DNA of 64,000 nucleotides from Steroidobacteraceae bacterium (lineage in GTDB: Bacteria > Pseudomonadota > Gammaproteobacteria > Steroidobacterales > Steroidobacteraceae), in contig DAORVK010000009.1 in assembly GCA_035433705.1 (NCBI GenBank), positions 8,860 to 72,859 on the forward strand, written 5' to 3'. The notes beneath the pieces are model-generated. The model saw only the letters and a list, made by a program, of their open reading frames with translations, did not search any database and had not been told where the DNA came from. Positions within the stretch are counted from its first letter, which is position 1. Each line of letters starts with the position of its first letter. This document shows positions 8,892 to 18,243 of the stretch, piece by piece. The position numbers and the translations under genes were made by a program.

Positions 8892-9823
8892 GGTGTGGGC
8901 GTTGTCATCAGCGGATGCGTTTCGAGGTATTCGAGCAGAAAGTCGCTGAACAGCCTGACCCGGCGCGGTACCTCCCGCGTGCCGGGCCGGATGATGTAGA
9001 TGAACGTCGAAAGGCTGTGATACTGCGGCAGAACGGTGACAAGCCGGCCTCTCTCCAGGTCTTTCGCGACCAGGAATGTCGGAATGACGCCGATTCCTGC
9101 GCCGGATCGAACGGCCTCGCGCACGAAGAAGATGTCGTCACAGCAGATGGGACCCTGTGGCTTGAAAGTGGCCGATGATGTCTTGCTCTGCAGCTGCAGC
9201 GTGGGCAGACCACGGTGAGTCACCCACCGATGGCCGGCCAGATCATCGGGCACGCGCGGGATGCCGTTCGTCTCGAGATACTTCGGGGAAGCGAAGAGCC
9301 TCGCGTAAATGGGGCAGGCCGGCCGGGCGACCAGCGAGGAATCCTTCATTCGCTCGGGTGCCGCGCGCAAGGCGATGTCAAAGCCCCCCACCGCGAAGTC
9401 CATGGGCTGGCTGTTCAGATACAGGTCGCAGTGGACCCGTGGATAGCGCGCCGAGAATTTCGTGACGGCATCGGCGAGGAAGGCGGAGCCGAGATAATTC
9501 GGCGCGGAGATCCGCACTTCGCCTGTCGGCTCCCCGAGATGGTCCGGTGATTCGACGGCAGCCTGTTCGAGGGAGGCGATCAGGGAAGCGACGCGCTCGT
9601 GGAGCGCAGCGCCTGCCGGGCTGAGCACGACCCGTCGCGTGGTCCGGTGCAGAAGCGGTACGCCCATGGTCGCCTCGAGCTGCGAGAGGCGCCGGCTCAC
9701 GGACCACTTCGGCAGGTTCAGTTTCCTGGCTGCCGCCGAGAAGCTCGCCGCATCCGCGACGGCGACGAACATGCGCAGGGCATTGAGATCCAGTTCTGCA
9801 CCGTGAGCCTTGTTGGTATTCAT
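8888..9823 (-). CDS. LysR-family transcriptional regulator
   Basis: LNALRMFVAVADAASFSAAARKLNLPKWSVSRRLSQLE is an N-terminal wHTH, followed by a LysR substrate-binding-like C-terminus. ATG 9823 is chosen because the HTH follows directly; the ORF extends to 9967. Confidence 0.85.
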   Translation of the reverse strand: MNTNKAHGAELDLNALRMFVAVADAASFSAAARKLNLPKWSVSRRLSQLEATMGVPLLHRTTRRVVLSPAGAALHERVASLIASLEQAAVESPDHLGEPTGEVRISAPNYLGSAFLADAVTKFSARYPRVHCDLYLNSQPMDFAVGGFDIALRAAPERMKDSSLVARPACPIYARLFASPKYLETNGIPRVPDDLAGHRWVTHRGLPTLQLQSKTSSATFKPQGPICCDDIFFVREAVRSGAGIGVIPTFLVAKDLERGRLVTVLPQYHSLSTFIYIIRPGTREVPRRVRLFSDFLLEYLETHPLMTTPTP

Positions 9824-9914
9824 TGTGGTGCTGATCCAGGATCTCACGGTGAATCGGATGAAGGCATTCTGGAACACGGGTGCAAGGCAGGCAAGGCGAT
9901 CATTTGCCTGGTCG

Positions 9915-9933
9915 ATAGTCTGTTTGGCCGATG
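9915..9933 (+). promoter_or_regulatory. Weaker copy of the recurring 19-nt motif (ATAGTCTGTTTGGCCGATG)
   Basis: 15 of 19 identical to the copies at 16562 and 29165. Lies 67 nt upstream of the 10000 start, in the LysR-divergent intergenic region. Confidence 0.4.
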
Positions 9934-9999
9934 AACGCCCGGCCCGCAGCCATGACAGTAGCCGCAAGCTGGGCGTGCCCGATGCTGAAAGGATCGCAG

Positions 10000-11277
10000 A
10001 TGAACGACGGGGAAACGGTTACAGGAGACGGCAGGATCACGCCCGAGGATATTGAGCGGGCGCGGGCGCAGATCGGGATTCCGCAGTACGAGCGCAATCC
10101 CGTGTTCAACAAAGTGGCGAGCGGCGACACCATCAGCCACTTCGCCTTCGGCATCGGCGACGACAATCCCCTGTGGCACGACGCGGAGTACGGCCGCGCG
10201 ACGCGCTGGCGCGGGCAGATCGCCTCACCCCTCTACGCCACCACCCTCGGCCTCGACGACACGCCGCGCCCCGGTCCGGAACTCAAGAAACTGTTCCGCG
10301 GATTGTTCCGCGGCGTCGGCAAGTACTACTCCGGCGCGACCTGGGAGTGGTACCGGCCGATTCGCCCCGGGGATGTGATCTGGCGCGAGTACACCACTTC
10401 GGGCGTCGAAGTGAAGGAGAGCTCGAGCTTCAGCGGTGGAATCACGGTGATCGACCGCTATCGCTACCACTATGTGAACGCCAACGGCGAGCCGGTCGCC
10501 ACGCACGAGCTGAGCTTCATCAACGCCGAGCGCCAGGCGTCGAAAGACAAGGGACGCAACAAGGACATCCAGCGGGCAAGCTACACGCCGCAGGACATCG
10601 AGCGGATCGACGCCCTCTATGCTGCGGAGGAAGTGCGCGGCAGCGACACGCGCTATTGGGAAGACGTGCAGGTCGGCGATGAGCTCACTCCCGTGATCAA
10701 AGGCCCGATGAGGGTGACCGACGTCGTGGGATTCCATATCGGCTGGGGGTTCGGGCAGATGTACGGAGCCGGGCCGCTTCGCTACGGCTGGAAGCAGCGT
10801 CGGCGGACACCGGCGTTTTACTCAACGGATGAGTTCGGCGTGCCGGACATCGTGCAGCGCTTGCACTGGGATCCGGCTCGCGCCCGTGAACTCGGCCTGC
10901 CCGCGCCCTACGATTACGGCACCATGCGCACGAACTGGCTCGCGCATCTGCTGACGAACTGGATGGGTGACGACGGGTGGCTCGTGCGCCTGCAGACCGA
11001 GATGCGCGCCTTCAACTTTCTCGGCGACACCACGATCTGCTCGGGCGTGGTGCAGGCAAAGACGATCGAAGGCGCACGCCGTCTCGTGCACATCGAGGTA
11101 AAGGCGACCAATCAGCGAGGTGAAATCACGAGCCCGGGCACAGCTACCGTCATGTTGCCATCGCGCGAAGCAGGAGCGGTCGTTCTGCCCGCGCCGTCCG
11201 AGGCGCTGATTTCCCGCGGCGCAAACATGATGGCAGAAGCGGCCGATCGCAACAGGAGCCGCAAAGGTGGGCCATAG
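10000..11277 (+). CDS. Double hot-dog acyl dehydratase (MaoC N-terminal-like plus MaoC-like domains)
   Basis: DTISHFAFGIGDDNPLWHD in the N-terminal half and hot-dog-like GDTTICSGVVQAKTIEG...VHIEVKATNQRGEITSPGTATV at the C-terminus. AAGGA lies 7 nt before ATG 10000. Confidence 0.75.
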   Translation: MNDGETVTGDGRITPEDIERARAQIGIPQYERNPVFNKVASGDTISHFAFGIGDDNPLWHDAEYGRATRWRGQIASPLYATTLGLDDTPRPGPELKKLFRGLFRGVGKYYSGATWEWYRPIRPGDVIWREYTTSGVEVKESSSFSGGITVIDRYRYHYVNANGEPVATHELSFINAERQASKDKGRNKDIQRASYTPQDIERIDALYAAEEVRGSDTRYWEDVQVGDELTPVIKGPMRVTDVVGFHIGWGFGQMYGAGPLRYGWKQRRRTPAFYSTDEFGVPDIVQRLHWDPARARELGLPAPYDYGTMRTNWLAHLLTNWMGDDGWLVRLQTEMRAFNFLGDTTICSGVVQAKTIEGARRLVHIEVKATNQRGEITSPGTATVMLPSREAGAVVLPAPSEALISRGANMMAEAADRNRSRKGGP

Positions 11278-11301
11278 GAGGATACGATGCGGCGGGCGAT
11301 G

Positions 11302-11643
11302 TCAGCCCTGCTGGCGACCTTCCGGAGCTTCCTCGAGAGCGAGCATCGCAGCCTTGCAGATGGCTTCGGCTTCGGCGTATTTGCCTTCACCGAATTGCGA
11401 CCAGTAGATCGCATCCGGATGGCCCTTGCCGAGCATGCGTTCGACCACTTCTTCGGCGGCTCCGATATCCTCGGAGTAAGCCGTCAATGGAACCCACACG
11501 GAGCCACCGTCGGCGGGATCGATCATGCGCTCCATGAATCCCATGAACTCGTCTCTTGTCGTGACGTTGCCCATGATCTTCTCGGCGACCAGCAGGCTCA
11601 GCCCCTCTCCAGGAGACATCTTCAGGATCTGCTCTCTGTTCAT
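11302..11643 (-). CDS. Small hypothetical protein
   Basis: The minus-strand ORF has more protein-like composition than the overlapping plus ORF 11287-11703. LSLLVAEKIMG faintly recalls phage ABA-sandwich-domain proteins. The start could instead be 11682. Confidence 0.4.
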   Translation of the reverse strand: MNREQILKMSPGEGLSLLVAEKIMGNVTTRDEFMGFMERMIDPADGGSVWVPLTAYSEDIGAAEEVVERMLGKGHPDAIYWSQFGEGKYAEAEAICKAAMLALEEAPEGRQQG

Positions 11644-11699
11644 GCGGTCTTTCCTGTCTCGTTGCAGAACAGTATAGGCCAAGCCGGCAGCCTGACCAC

Positions 11700-12611
11700 A
11701 TGAAGAACATTCTCGTCATCGGTGGCAGCTATTTCGCGGGTCGGGTGCTGGTAGAGGAATTACTCGCTGCCGGCGGCTACGTCCCCTACCTCATGAATCG
11801 TGGCAACCGGCCGTTGAGGCTGGAGGGAGTATGCGAGATTGTCTGCGATCGGCACGATGGGGCGGGAATGGCCAGTGCCGTTGCAGCTCACGAGTGGCAC
11901 GCGGTGGTCGATTTCTGCGCTTACGCACCGGGTGACATCGCAACGCTGCTGCAGCATCTGCCGGGCGCCGTCCGCCAGTACATCTACATCAGCACTGCGT
12001 CCGTGCACCGCAGTTCCACGCATCTGCCCATAAGCGACGATGCCGCGAAACTCACCGGTCCGTCTCCGGGCCGGGAGGGCGCCTATGCCTACCACAAGTG
12101 GCTGCTCGAGCAAGAGCTGGCGAGATGTTGCGAAGAGAAGGCAATTCCGTACGTGTCCCTGCGTCCCGCCATGGTCTATGGCAAGTACAATTATGCCCCA
12201 CGCGAGTCCTGGCTCTTCGATCTGATCAGCAAAGGCGAACCCATCATCCTGCCGCCGCCACCGCAGGCACTTTTCTCGATGGTGTCGGTCTGGGATCTGG
12301 CCTGGATCTGCATTGCCTGTCTGGACAATGGCGCAGTCGCCGGGGGGGCCTATGCGGTCTGCGCCGATGAACTCGTGTCCTGCGATCGCCTGATCGAGGC
12401 GCTCGAGACCATCACCTCGCGAAAGTTCGACGTGCAGCGCCAGACGGTGCGCGTGCTCAATGCCGCAGGCCTGCCGCTGCCCTTCCCACTCGTGGAGCAT
12501 CTGGTGTACTCGGGCGCGCGACTCCGACAGATCCTGCAGCACCGCTTTCTGTCCCTCGAGGAGGGCATGTCAAGAACGTATGAATGGTACCGTCAGGCCG
12601 ATGGCCGGTAG
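11700..12611 (+). CDS. NAD-dependent epimerase/dehydratase-family (extended SDR) protein
   Basis: N-terminal Rossmann motif MKNILVIGGSYFAGRVLVEELL and an SDR-like YxxxK region (YAYHKWLLE). Confidence 0.8.
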   Translation: MKNILVIGGSYFAGRVLVEELLAAGGYVPYLMNRGNRPLRLEGVCEIVCDRHDGAGMASAVAAHEWHAVVDFCAYAPGDIATLLQHLPGAVRQYIYISTASVHRSSTHLPISDDAAKLTGPSPGREGAYAYHKWLLEQELARCCEEKAIPYVSLRPAMVYGKYNYAPRESWLFDLISKGEPIILPPPPQALFSMVSVWDLAWICIACLDNGAVAGGAYAVCADELVSCDRLIEALETITSRKFDVQRQTVRVLNAAGLPLPFPLVEHLVYSGARLRQILQHRFLSLEEGMSRTYEWYRQADGR

Positions 12612-14148
12612 CGCGGCCGATCTCATCCTGCACAATGCCAGGGTCATCACCTGGGATGCGCAACGGCCGTACGCCGATCTGGTAGCCATCCGCGGGGAGC
12701 GGATTCTCGCCACCGGCAGCCAGGACGACCTCGGTCGATTCCAGGGGCCGGGCACGCGGCTCATCGATTGCGAAGGTGGCGGCGTGATGCCGGGCATCAA
12801 CGACGCTCACTGCCATCCGCTGGCCCTCGCCGTCGCGCTGCTCAGTGTCGACTGCGCGCCCGAGGCAGTCGAGGACATTGCCGGCATCACGGCTGCGATC
12901 CGGCGACGTGCGGCACAGACCGCGGAAGGCGAGTGGATCCGGGCAGCCAATTACGATGAATTTCATCTGCGCGAGAAACGCCCGCCCACCGCTCGAGAAC
13001 TGGACAGGGCCGCGCCGCATCACCCGGTGATACTGATGCATCGCACGGCCGGCCATTGTGTTCTGAACAGCCTCGCGCTGAAGCGGGCTGCCATCACTCG
13101 CGACACGCCGGATCCGCCGGGTGGCACAGTCCACCGGGATCCGGTGACCGACGAACCAAGCGGGTTGATCATCGGACGGAATGCGCGGGTGGAAGCTGCG
13201 CTACCACCGATCGCGGCGGAGGAGCTGATCCGGGGCATGAAGCTCGCTACCGGGCAATTCCTCGCGCACGGCATTACATCGCTGCAGGACACCGGCTGGA
13301 ACAACGGGCTGCGGCACTGGCAGGAGTGGCGCCGCCTGATCGAATGCGGTGCCGCGGTGTGCCGCGTCTCGGTGCTGATGGGCATCGATGCGCTGGATGA
13401 GTTGCCTGAAGCGGGCCTGTCGATGGACGCCGGTGACAGTCGCCTGCGCATTGGTGGCATCAAGCTCGCGCTCGACGAAAGCACTGGCTGCGCCGCACCG
13501 CCGCAGGAAGACGTCAATCGCCAGGCGCTGCGCGCTGCGCGGGCAGGGTTCAGCGTCGGTCTGCATGTCAGCGATGTCCCGATGCTCGAGGGCGCTATCG
13601 CAGCCATCCAGTACGTCAGCAGGCAGCTGCCCGTAGCCAAGGGGCGTTTTCGTCTGGAACATTGCACCGTCTGCCCACCCGAGTTGTTGCTGAAGGCCAG
13701 GGCTTGCCGGGCGATCGTGGTCGCACAGCCAGCCTTTCTTCGCTACATGGGGCAGCCGTATCTGGAACAGGCGACACCTCAGCAGGCCGGCTGGTTCCTG
13801 CCTCTCGGTTCCTTGCGCCGCTGGGGCGTCAGGGTCGCCCTGAGTTCCGATGCGCCGCTGGTGCCGTGCAATCCGTGGATCGGCATCGAGGCTGCGGTGA
13901 GCCGACGGACGGACACGGGGCAGATCCTTGCGTGTCGCGAGGGCGTGACGCTGCTCGAGGCGCTGGAGATGTACACGCAGGGCGGTGCGCAGGCCTCCTT
14001 CGAGGCTGACAGGAAAGGGCGCATCGGCCCGGGAATGCTTGCCGACCTGATGGTGCTGAACAGGAATCCGGTCCCAATGGAGCCCGGGGAGATTCAGGAG
14101 CTGCGCGTGGTCCGCTGCCTCATCGGCGGCAAGGTTGTGCGTGAGTAG
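12601..14148 (+). CDS. Amidohydrolase-family metal-dependent hydrolase (Amidohydro_3 / YtcJ-like)
   Basis: ADLILHNARVITWD...VMPGINDAHCHP matches the metal-binding HxH region, and the C-terminus has ADLMVLNRNP. ATG 12601 overlaps the upstream stop; ATG 12580 is also possible. Confidence 0.8.
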   Translation: MAGSAADLILHNARVITWDAQRPYADLVAIRGERILATGSQDDLGRFQGPGTRLIDCEGGGVMPGINDAHCHPLALAVALLSVDCAPEAVEDIAGITAAIRRRAAQTAEGEWIRAANYDEFHLREKRPPTARELDRAAPHHPVILMHRTAGHCVLNSLALKRAAITRDTPDPPGGTVHRDPVTDEPSGLIIGRNARVEAALPPIAAEELIRGMKLATGQFLAHGITSLQDTGWNNGLRHWQEWRRLIECGAAVCRVSVLMGIDALDELPEAGLSMDAGDSRLRIGGIKLALDESTGCAAPPQEDVNRQALRAARAGFSVGLHVSDVPMLEGAIAAIQYVSRQLPVAKGRFRLEHCTVCPPELLLKARACRAIVVAQPAFLRYMGQPYLEQATPQQAGWFLPLGSLRRWGVRVALSSDAPLVPCNPWIGIEAAVSRRTDTGQILACREGVTLLEALEMYTQGGAQASFEADRKGRIGPGMLADLMVLNRNPVPMEPGEIQELRVVRCLIGGKVVRE

Positions 14149-14161
14149 GGCCTCTTGACCA

Positions 14162-14788
14162 TCATCCGGCGGGGCGCGCAAGGTGCTCGTTCGCGTCCTG
14201 CAGCGAGGCATAACCGTACTGCTTCGCGGTGCAGGCCAGGGTGATCCCGGAACCATTGATACCCTCCGCGCACTGCTGCTCGACGTGGGCGAGGTAAAGT
14301 TCGAGTGTTCCGATCGAGTACGTGGCCAGCTCGCCCGTCAGGTAGGTTTCGAGCGAGGTCACTTGCGGCCGGTCTTCCGATCTGTAGATAGGGCGGCCCT
14401 TCGCCATGAGGCTCGGGTACAGCCTGGCGAGGGCGACTTCCCAGGCGAGGATGATCGGGACGATCTGCGCAATCAGATCGAGCGCGCGCGGCGCCACGAC
14501 CGGCAACAGGCGCGCGATGCGCGCGTATTCATCCGGCGCGGTCGATCGCATCATGTGGCCATATTTCTCGGTGAGCAGGTTGCGACCGGTGAGCGTCGCG
14601 TCCTTCAGATCGGTCAGGTAGCTTTCCAGCAGGGCATCCGACCAGCTCGCCAGCTGCGCCGCGCGCATGATTGCGAATGTACCGGGACTCTGCTGACAGG
14701 AGGCTTGGCCACCAGAGTTCGGAACCCGACTGAACATCTCCCATTCGCGCGCGACCAGCTCGTCCACGAGGACCTTCGTCCGGTTCAT
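14162..14788 (-). CDS. DUF4125-family protein
   Basis: LVAREWEMFSRVPNSGGQASCQQSPGTFAIMRAAQLASWSDALLESYLTDL...GRNLLTEKYGHMMRSTAPDEY matches my recollection of the DUF4125 N-terminal signature. Confidence 0.7.
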   Translation of the reverse strand: MNRTKVLVDELVAREWEMFSRVPNSGGQASCQQSPGTFAIMRAAQLASWSDALLESYLTDLKDATLTGRNLLTEKYGHMMRSTAPDEYARIARLLPVVAPRALDLIAQIVPIILAWEVALARLYPSLMAKGRPIYRSEDRPQVTSLETYLTGELATYSIGTLELYLAHVEQQCAEGINGSGITLACTAKQYGYASLQDANEHLARPAG

Positions 14789-14837
14789 GATGGGCTCTCC
14801 CCTGATTGCAGCAGTTCGGGTCGGCGATGGCGCATGG

Positions 14838-15761
14838 CTAAAGAGCCGACAGGTGTTGCCGGAGTTGCGGATCGGCGATACGGGCCTGGACCGAAGGCGC
14901 GTGATCCATCAGAAAGCTGCTCGGCGAATCAGTCAGCGCCTGGCGCTGCAATTCTCCGATCAATTCTCCAGCAATTTGCTCCATCAGCTGCGCTCTCTCG
15001 TCGGTGCCGGGGGCTTTCACGAGGCGAGCGACGAGCGCATGGATCGGGGCGCCAAGGATCGGCAAGTCGCGAACGGCGCGGTGCAGCCACTTGTAGAATG
15101 GCGCATAGCGCCTGTTCAGCAGGAAGACGAGCGCGATCGCATCGGCGCAGAATTTCATCGCCGAGTACTCCGCGGCGAACAGTTCGCCGCGCTTCAGCGA
15201 GCGAAGGAAGTTGTATTGCCCGGTCTGGGCGAGCGTGATGCAGAGTGCGGCGATCTTCCGCAGCCGCACGTCCTGCGGGTAATGCGCGAGCAGGGCTTCC
15301 CGCCAGCGCGTGAAATCCCCGAGTGGATCGCTGAAGACCTTGCCGTTGGTGCAGGCAGCCAGCGCATGTTCCGGAATTCGCAGCCACTCGTGCAGTGTGG
15401 CAGGCAGGCGGGCGAGCCCGGTAATGCGCATGAAGAAAGCGCTCGTGCGCATCACGCCAACGCGCCATTCTTCTCCGGGACTGCTTCCCCGCGGCGGGAA
15501 TCCCCGGAAAGGCGTGGGCAAGCCTTCATAGGCTTGCTGCAGGGCCTGGCCGAATTCGCGGTGGTCCTCGTCGGTCAGCCACAGGCAAAAGCCAGGCCCC
15601 CAGTCGTGGTCCCGCGAAAAGCTGTCATCGAATCCGAAGCACTCGGAACCAGGCCCTGCCAGGCCCGCGGCAACTCGCGGCCATAAGGAAGCGAATCGCG
15701 CGGGAGCGAGAGGCGCCCAGCTGGAGCGGTAATACTCCTCGGCCAGTTCGAGCCCCTTCAT
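14838..15761 (-). CDS. DUF4037-family protein (nucleotidyltransferase-like N-terminus)
   Basis: MKGLELAEEYY...GLAGPGSECFGFDDSFSRDHDWGPGFCLWL is the typical DUF4037 opening. ATG 15761 sits 2 nt after the TPR gene stop (TGACCATG). The longer ORF to 16079 overlaps the TPR gene. Confidence 0.7.
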   Translation of the reverse strand: MKGLELAEEYYRSSWAPLAPARFASLWPRVAAGLAGPGSECFGFDDSFSRDHDWGPGFCLWLTDEDHREFGQALQQAYEGLPTPFRGFPPRGSSPGEEWRVGVMRTSAFFMRITGLARLPATLHEWLRIPEHALAACTNGKVFSDPLGDFTRWREALLAHYPQDVRLRKIAALCITLAQTGQYNFLRSLKRGELFAAEYSAMKFCADAIALVFLLNRRYAPFYKWLHRAVRDLPILGAPIHALVARLVKAPGTDERAQLMEQIAGELIGELQRQALTDSPSSFLMDHAPSVQARIADPQLRQHLSAL

Positions 15762-15763
15762 GG

Positions 15764-16477
15764 TCAGCCGCAGCAATAACTTCCTGGCGTATCGCTTCTG
15801 CGGCTGAGCGCCGCGACGAGTCTGTTGATGTTGTCCACGGTCTTGTCGATTCTCGGCGTGTCTTTCGCCTCGATGTAGTGCGCCAGCGCTTCGCGGTACC
15901 AGGGCAAGGCATCGGCCGCCCTTTGCAGGCAAACAAGGGCGTAGGCGATGTTCGAGAGCTGATCGCCGACGCGCTCCCCGTGACCGAGCTGACGGTAAAT
16001 CGCGAGCGCCTGCCTGTAGCTCTCCAATGCGCTCTGTGGCTGATTCATGTCGCGGTGGACGGTACCGATGTTGGCCCACTGCCCGGCGCTGCGCAGCAAT
16101 TCACCGGCCTGCTCATAGCGCAACCGCGCCTCCTCGAAGCACGCAATGGCTTCCTCATACCGCCCGAGGCGCGCGAGCACCAGGCCGCGGTTGCTCAGGG
16201 CAGCCGCCCGGGCGGCCGTTTCCGTTTCATCATCGCGCAGGTGAACGACTTCCGTGAAAGCCAGCAAAGCTTCCTCATCGCGCTTCGTCTGCGCGTAAAT
16301 GCTGCCCGCCATGGCGAGCGCATCGGCTTCGCCCGTGCGGTAGCCGAGTGCCCGAAACCTGTCCGCCGCAACGTGAAATGACTGCAAGGCCCGCTCGTCG
16401 TCGCGCGCGCCGAGCAATGCCATGCCTTCGCGCAGCGACTGGAAGGCAGCATCGTGCATGGCGTTCTCGCTGTTCAT
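15764..16477 (-). CDS. Tetratricopeptide-repeat protein
   Basis: Successive about 40-aa repeats with the A/L/Y/G/E pattern (NRGLVLARLGRYEEAIACFEEA, NIGTVHRDMNQPQSALESYRQALAIY, NIAYALVCLQRAADALPWYREALAHY). Confidence 0.8.
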   Translation of the reverse strand: MNSENAMHDAAFQSLREGMALLGARDDERALQSFHVAADRFRALGYRTGEADALAMAGSIYAQTKRDEEALLAFTEVVHLRDDETETAARAAALSNRGLVLARLGRYEEAIACFEEARLRYEQAGELLRSAGQWANIGTVHRDMNQPQSALESYRQALAIYRQLGHGERVGDQLSNIAYALVCLQRAADALPWYREALAHYIEAKDTPRIDKTVDNINRLVAALSRRSDTPGSYCCG

Positions 16478-16561
16478 GAGCAGGGCTCCTCATCGGACTG
16501 CGCGATGGTGCGGGCGCGCACAAGGGTGGCTCGATTCTCCACTCTTCGTCAATTCGTCGGC

Positions 16562-16580
16562 TTAGTCTGGTCAGACGATG
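16562..16580 (+). promoter_or_regulatory. Recurring 19-nt motif TTAGTCTGGTCAGACGATG (candidate operator)
   Basis: Core palindrome GTCTG-GT-CAGAC. Lies 95 nt upstream of the 16675 start, in the divergent region between the TPR operon and the SnoaL/LLM operon. Confidence 0.55.
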
Positions 16581-16674
16581 TAGCAGGCGATCCCGCTTCC
16601 TAGGCTTTGATCGCGGATCGTCAGCCGGCTGCAGGCAGACCGCTGTCCGGGACTTCGTCGATCGGGGAGCAACA

Positions 16675-17139
16675 ATGGATAAGAAGCGTCGGCTGATCGC
16701 TGTCGCGTCCGCCGACCTCGATACAGAGCGCTTGCGCCCGCCCTCGCGCCGCGTAGGGAGAGAGCTGGCGAAGCTCCGGCGACAGGTGGTCGAAATGCTC
16801 GACCGCGAGGCCATTCGCCAGCTGCCGATCGCCTATGCCCACTTCGCTCGCGCCAAGGATGTGGAGGGCATGGTCGGGCTGTATGCGAAAGGTGCGATCT
16901 TCGATGTGCCGGAACTGGACCCCTGGCCGTTCATCCACAGCCACTACTTCGAAATGCGGGGGAGCGATCGGGCCGAAGGCTTCGTTTGTTTCGAACTCGG
17001 GGAGGAAGGGGGAGGGCCGCAGGTCTCGCAAGTGGGCTGTTACCGGGACGACTACGTCAAGGAAAATGGTGTCTGGAAGTTCCGCACGCGCCTGTTGTGT
17101 GCCATTGCCCTGCCGATGCCGGGCAGTGGCTTCGATTGA
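16675..17139 (+). CDS. SnoaL-like / NTF2-fold protein
   Basis: MLDREAIRQLPIAYAHFARAKDVEGMVGLYA...YRDDYVKENGVWKFRTR follows the SnoaL_4/NTF2-like pattern. GGGGAG lies 7 nt before the ATG. Confidence 0.6.
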   Translation: MDKKRRLIAVASADLDTERLRPPSRRVGRELAKLRRQVVEMLDREAIRQLPIAYAHFARAKDVEGMVGLYAKGAIFDVPELDPWPFIHSHYFEMRGSDRAEGFVCFELGEEGGGPQVSQVGCYRDDYVKENGVWKFRTRLLCAIALPMPGSGFD

Positions 17140-17152
17140 CTCAGGAGTTCTC

Positions 17153-18130
17153 GTGGCAGCATTTGGAATTCGTTTCGATTTGCGCAACCCCGCCTTCAGC
17201 AGGACGTCCATGGCAGAGCGGGTCGACGCCGCACTCGAAATGGCCACCTGGGCCGATCAGCTGGAGGCCCGGCTGATCGTGCTCGTCGAGCACCACGGTT
17301 CGGAAGACGGTTACCTGCCGAGCCCGCTCACGTTCGGTGCCGCGGTGGCGGCGAGAACGCGCGCAGCGACCGTACGGCTGTTCCTGAATGCTTCATTCTG
17401 CGATCCGCTGCGTCTCGCAGAGGACCTTGCGATCGTCGACCTGATCGGCAAGGGTCGCATCGATGTGAACCTCGTGGCCGGATATGTCCCGGACGAATTC
17501 GCGATGTTCGGCGTGCCGATGTCCGAGCGCGCGGCACGGATGACCGAAATCGTGCGGACTCTGAAGGCGGCGTGGACCGGCGAGTCTTTCGAGTACCGTG
17601 GGCGTACGGTCAAGATCCGGCCGACGCCGTTCCGCCAGGGTGGCCCGCCGCTTACACTCGGCGGCAGCACGGAAGCAGCCGCCCGTCGCGCTGCCCGCAT
17701 CGGCGACGGCTTCGCACCCGGTCTGCCGACACTATGGGAATTCTACCGGGACGAGTGCCTGAAGCTGGGCAAGCCCGATCCGGGCCCTGCGCGTCGCGCG
17801 TCTGCTGCTGTCACGATGCTGTGCCGGGATCCGCGCGACGGCTGGGAAGAGCTGGCCCCGTACTTCCTGCACGAAGCCAATGCCTACGGAGCCTGGGAGG
17901 CCACGCGCGCAGGCGAAGGATTGCACCAGCAGGCCGCAGATGCGGCGGCTCTGCGCAAGACGGGCGTCTATCGCGTGTTGACCCCCCAGGACTACCTCGC
18001 GGAGCTGCAGGCGGCCGGCCCTGCGGCCTTCGCGATGTTGCATCCGATGGTAGGGGGAATTCCGCCCGAACTCGCGTGGCGGCATCTGCGGCTCTTCGAG
18101 CATGAGGTGCTCCCGGGATTGCATCGATGA
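17153..18130 (+). CDS. LLM-class (luciferase-like) flavin-dependent oxidoreductase
   Basis: FGIRFDL...ALEMATWADQLEARLIVLVEHHG...IDVNLVAGY...LGGSTEAAARRAARIGDGF. A GTG start at 17153 is preceded by AGGAG; the longer ORF from 16835 overlaps the SnoaL gene. Confidence 0.8.
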   Translation: MAAFGIRFDLRNPAFSRTSMAERVDAALEMATWADQLEARLIVLVEHHGSEDGYLPSPLTFGAAVAARTRAATVRLFLNASFCDPLRLAEDLAIVDLIGKGRIDVNLVAGYVPDEFAMFGVPMSERAARMTEIVRTLKAAWTGESFEYRGRTVKIRPTPFRQGGPPLTLGGSTEAAARRAARIGDGFAPGLPTLWEFYRDECLKLGKPDPGPARRASAAVTMLCRDPRDGWEELAPYFLHEANAYGAWEATRAGEGLHQQAADAAALRKTGVYRVLTPQDYLAELQAAGPAAFAMLHPMVGGIPPELAWRHLRLFEHEVLPGLHR

Positions 18131-18243
18131 AGAACGCGCCGGTTGCCGCCCCCGCTCGCCCGCAAGCCGGTTTCCCGCGGCGTGGCAAAACGTGGACAAT
18201 CGGACCGCTGCGGGACAGTACCGCACCAACCGGCGGTGACAGG

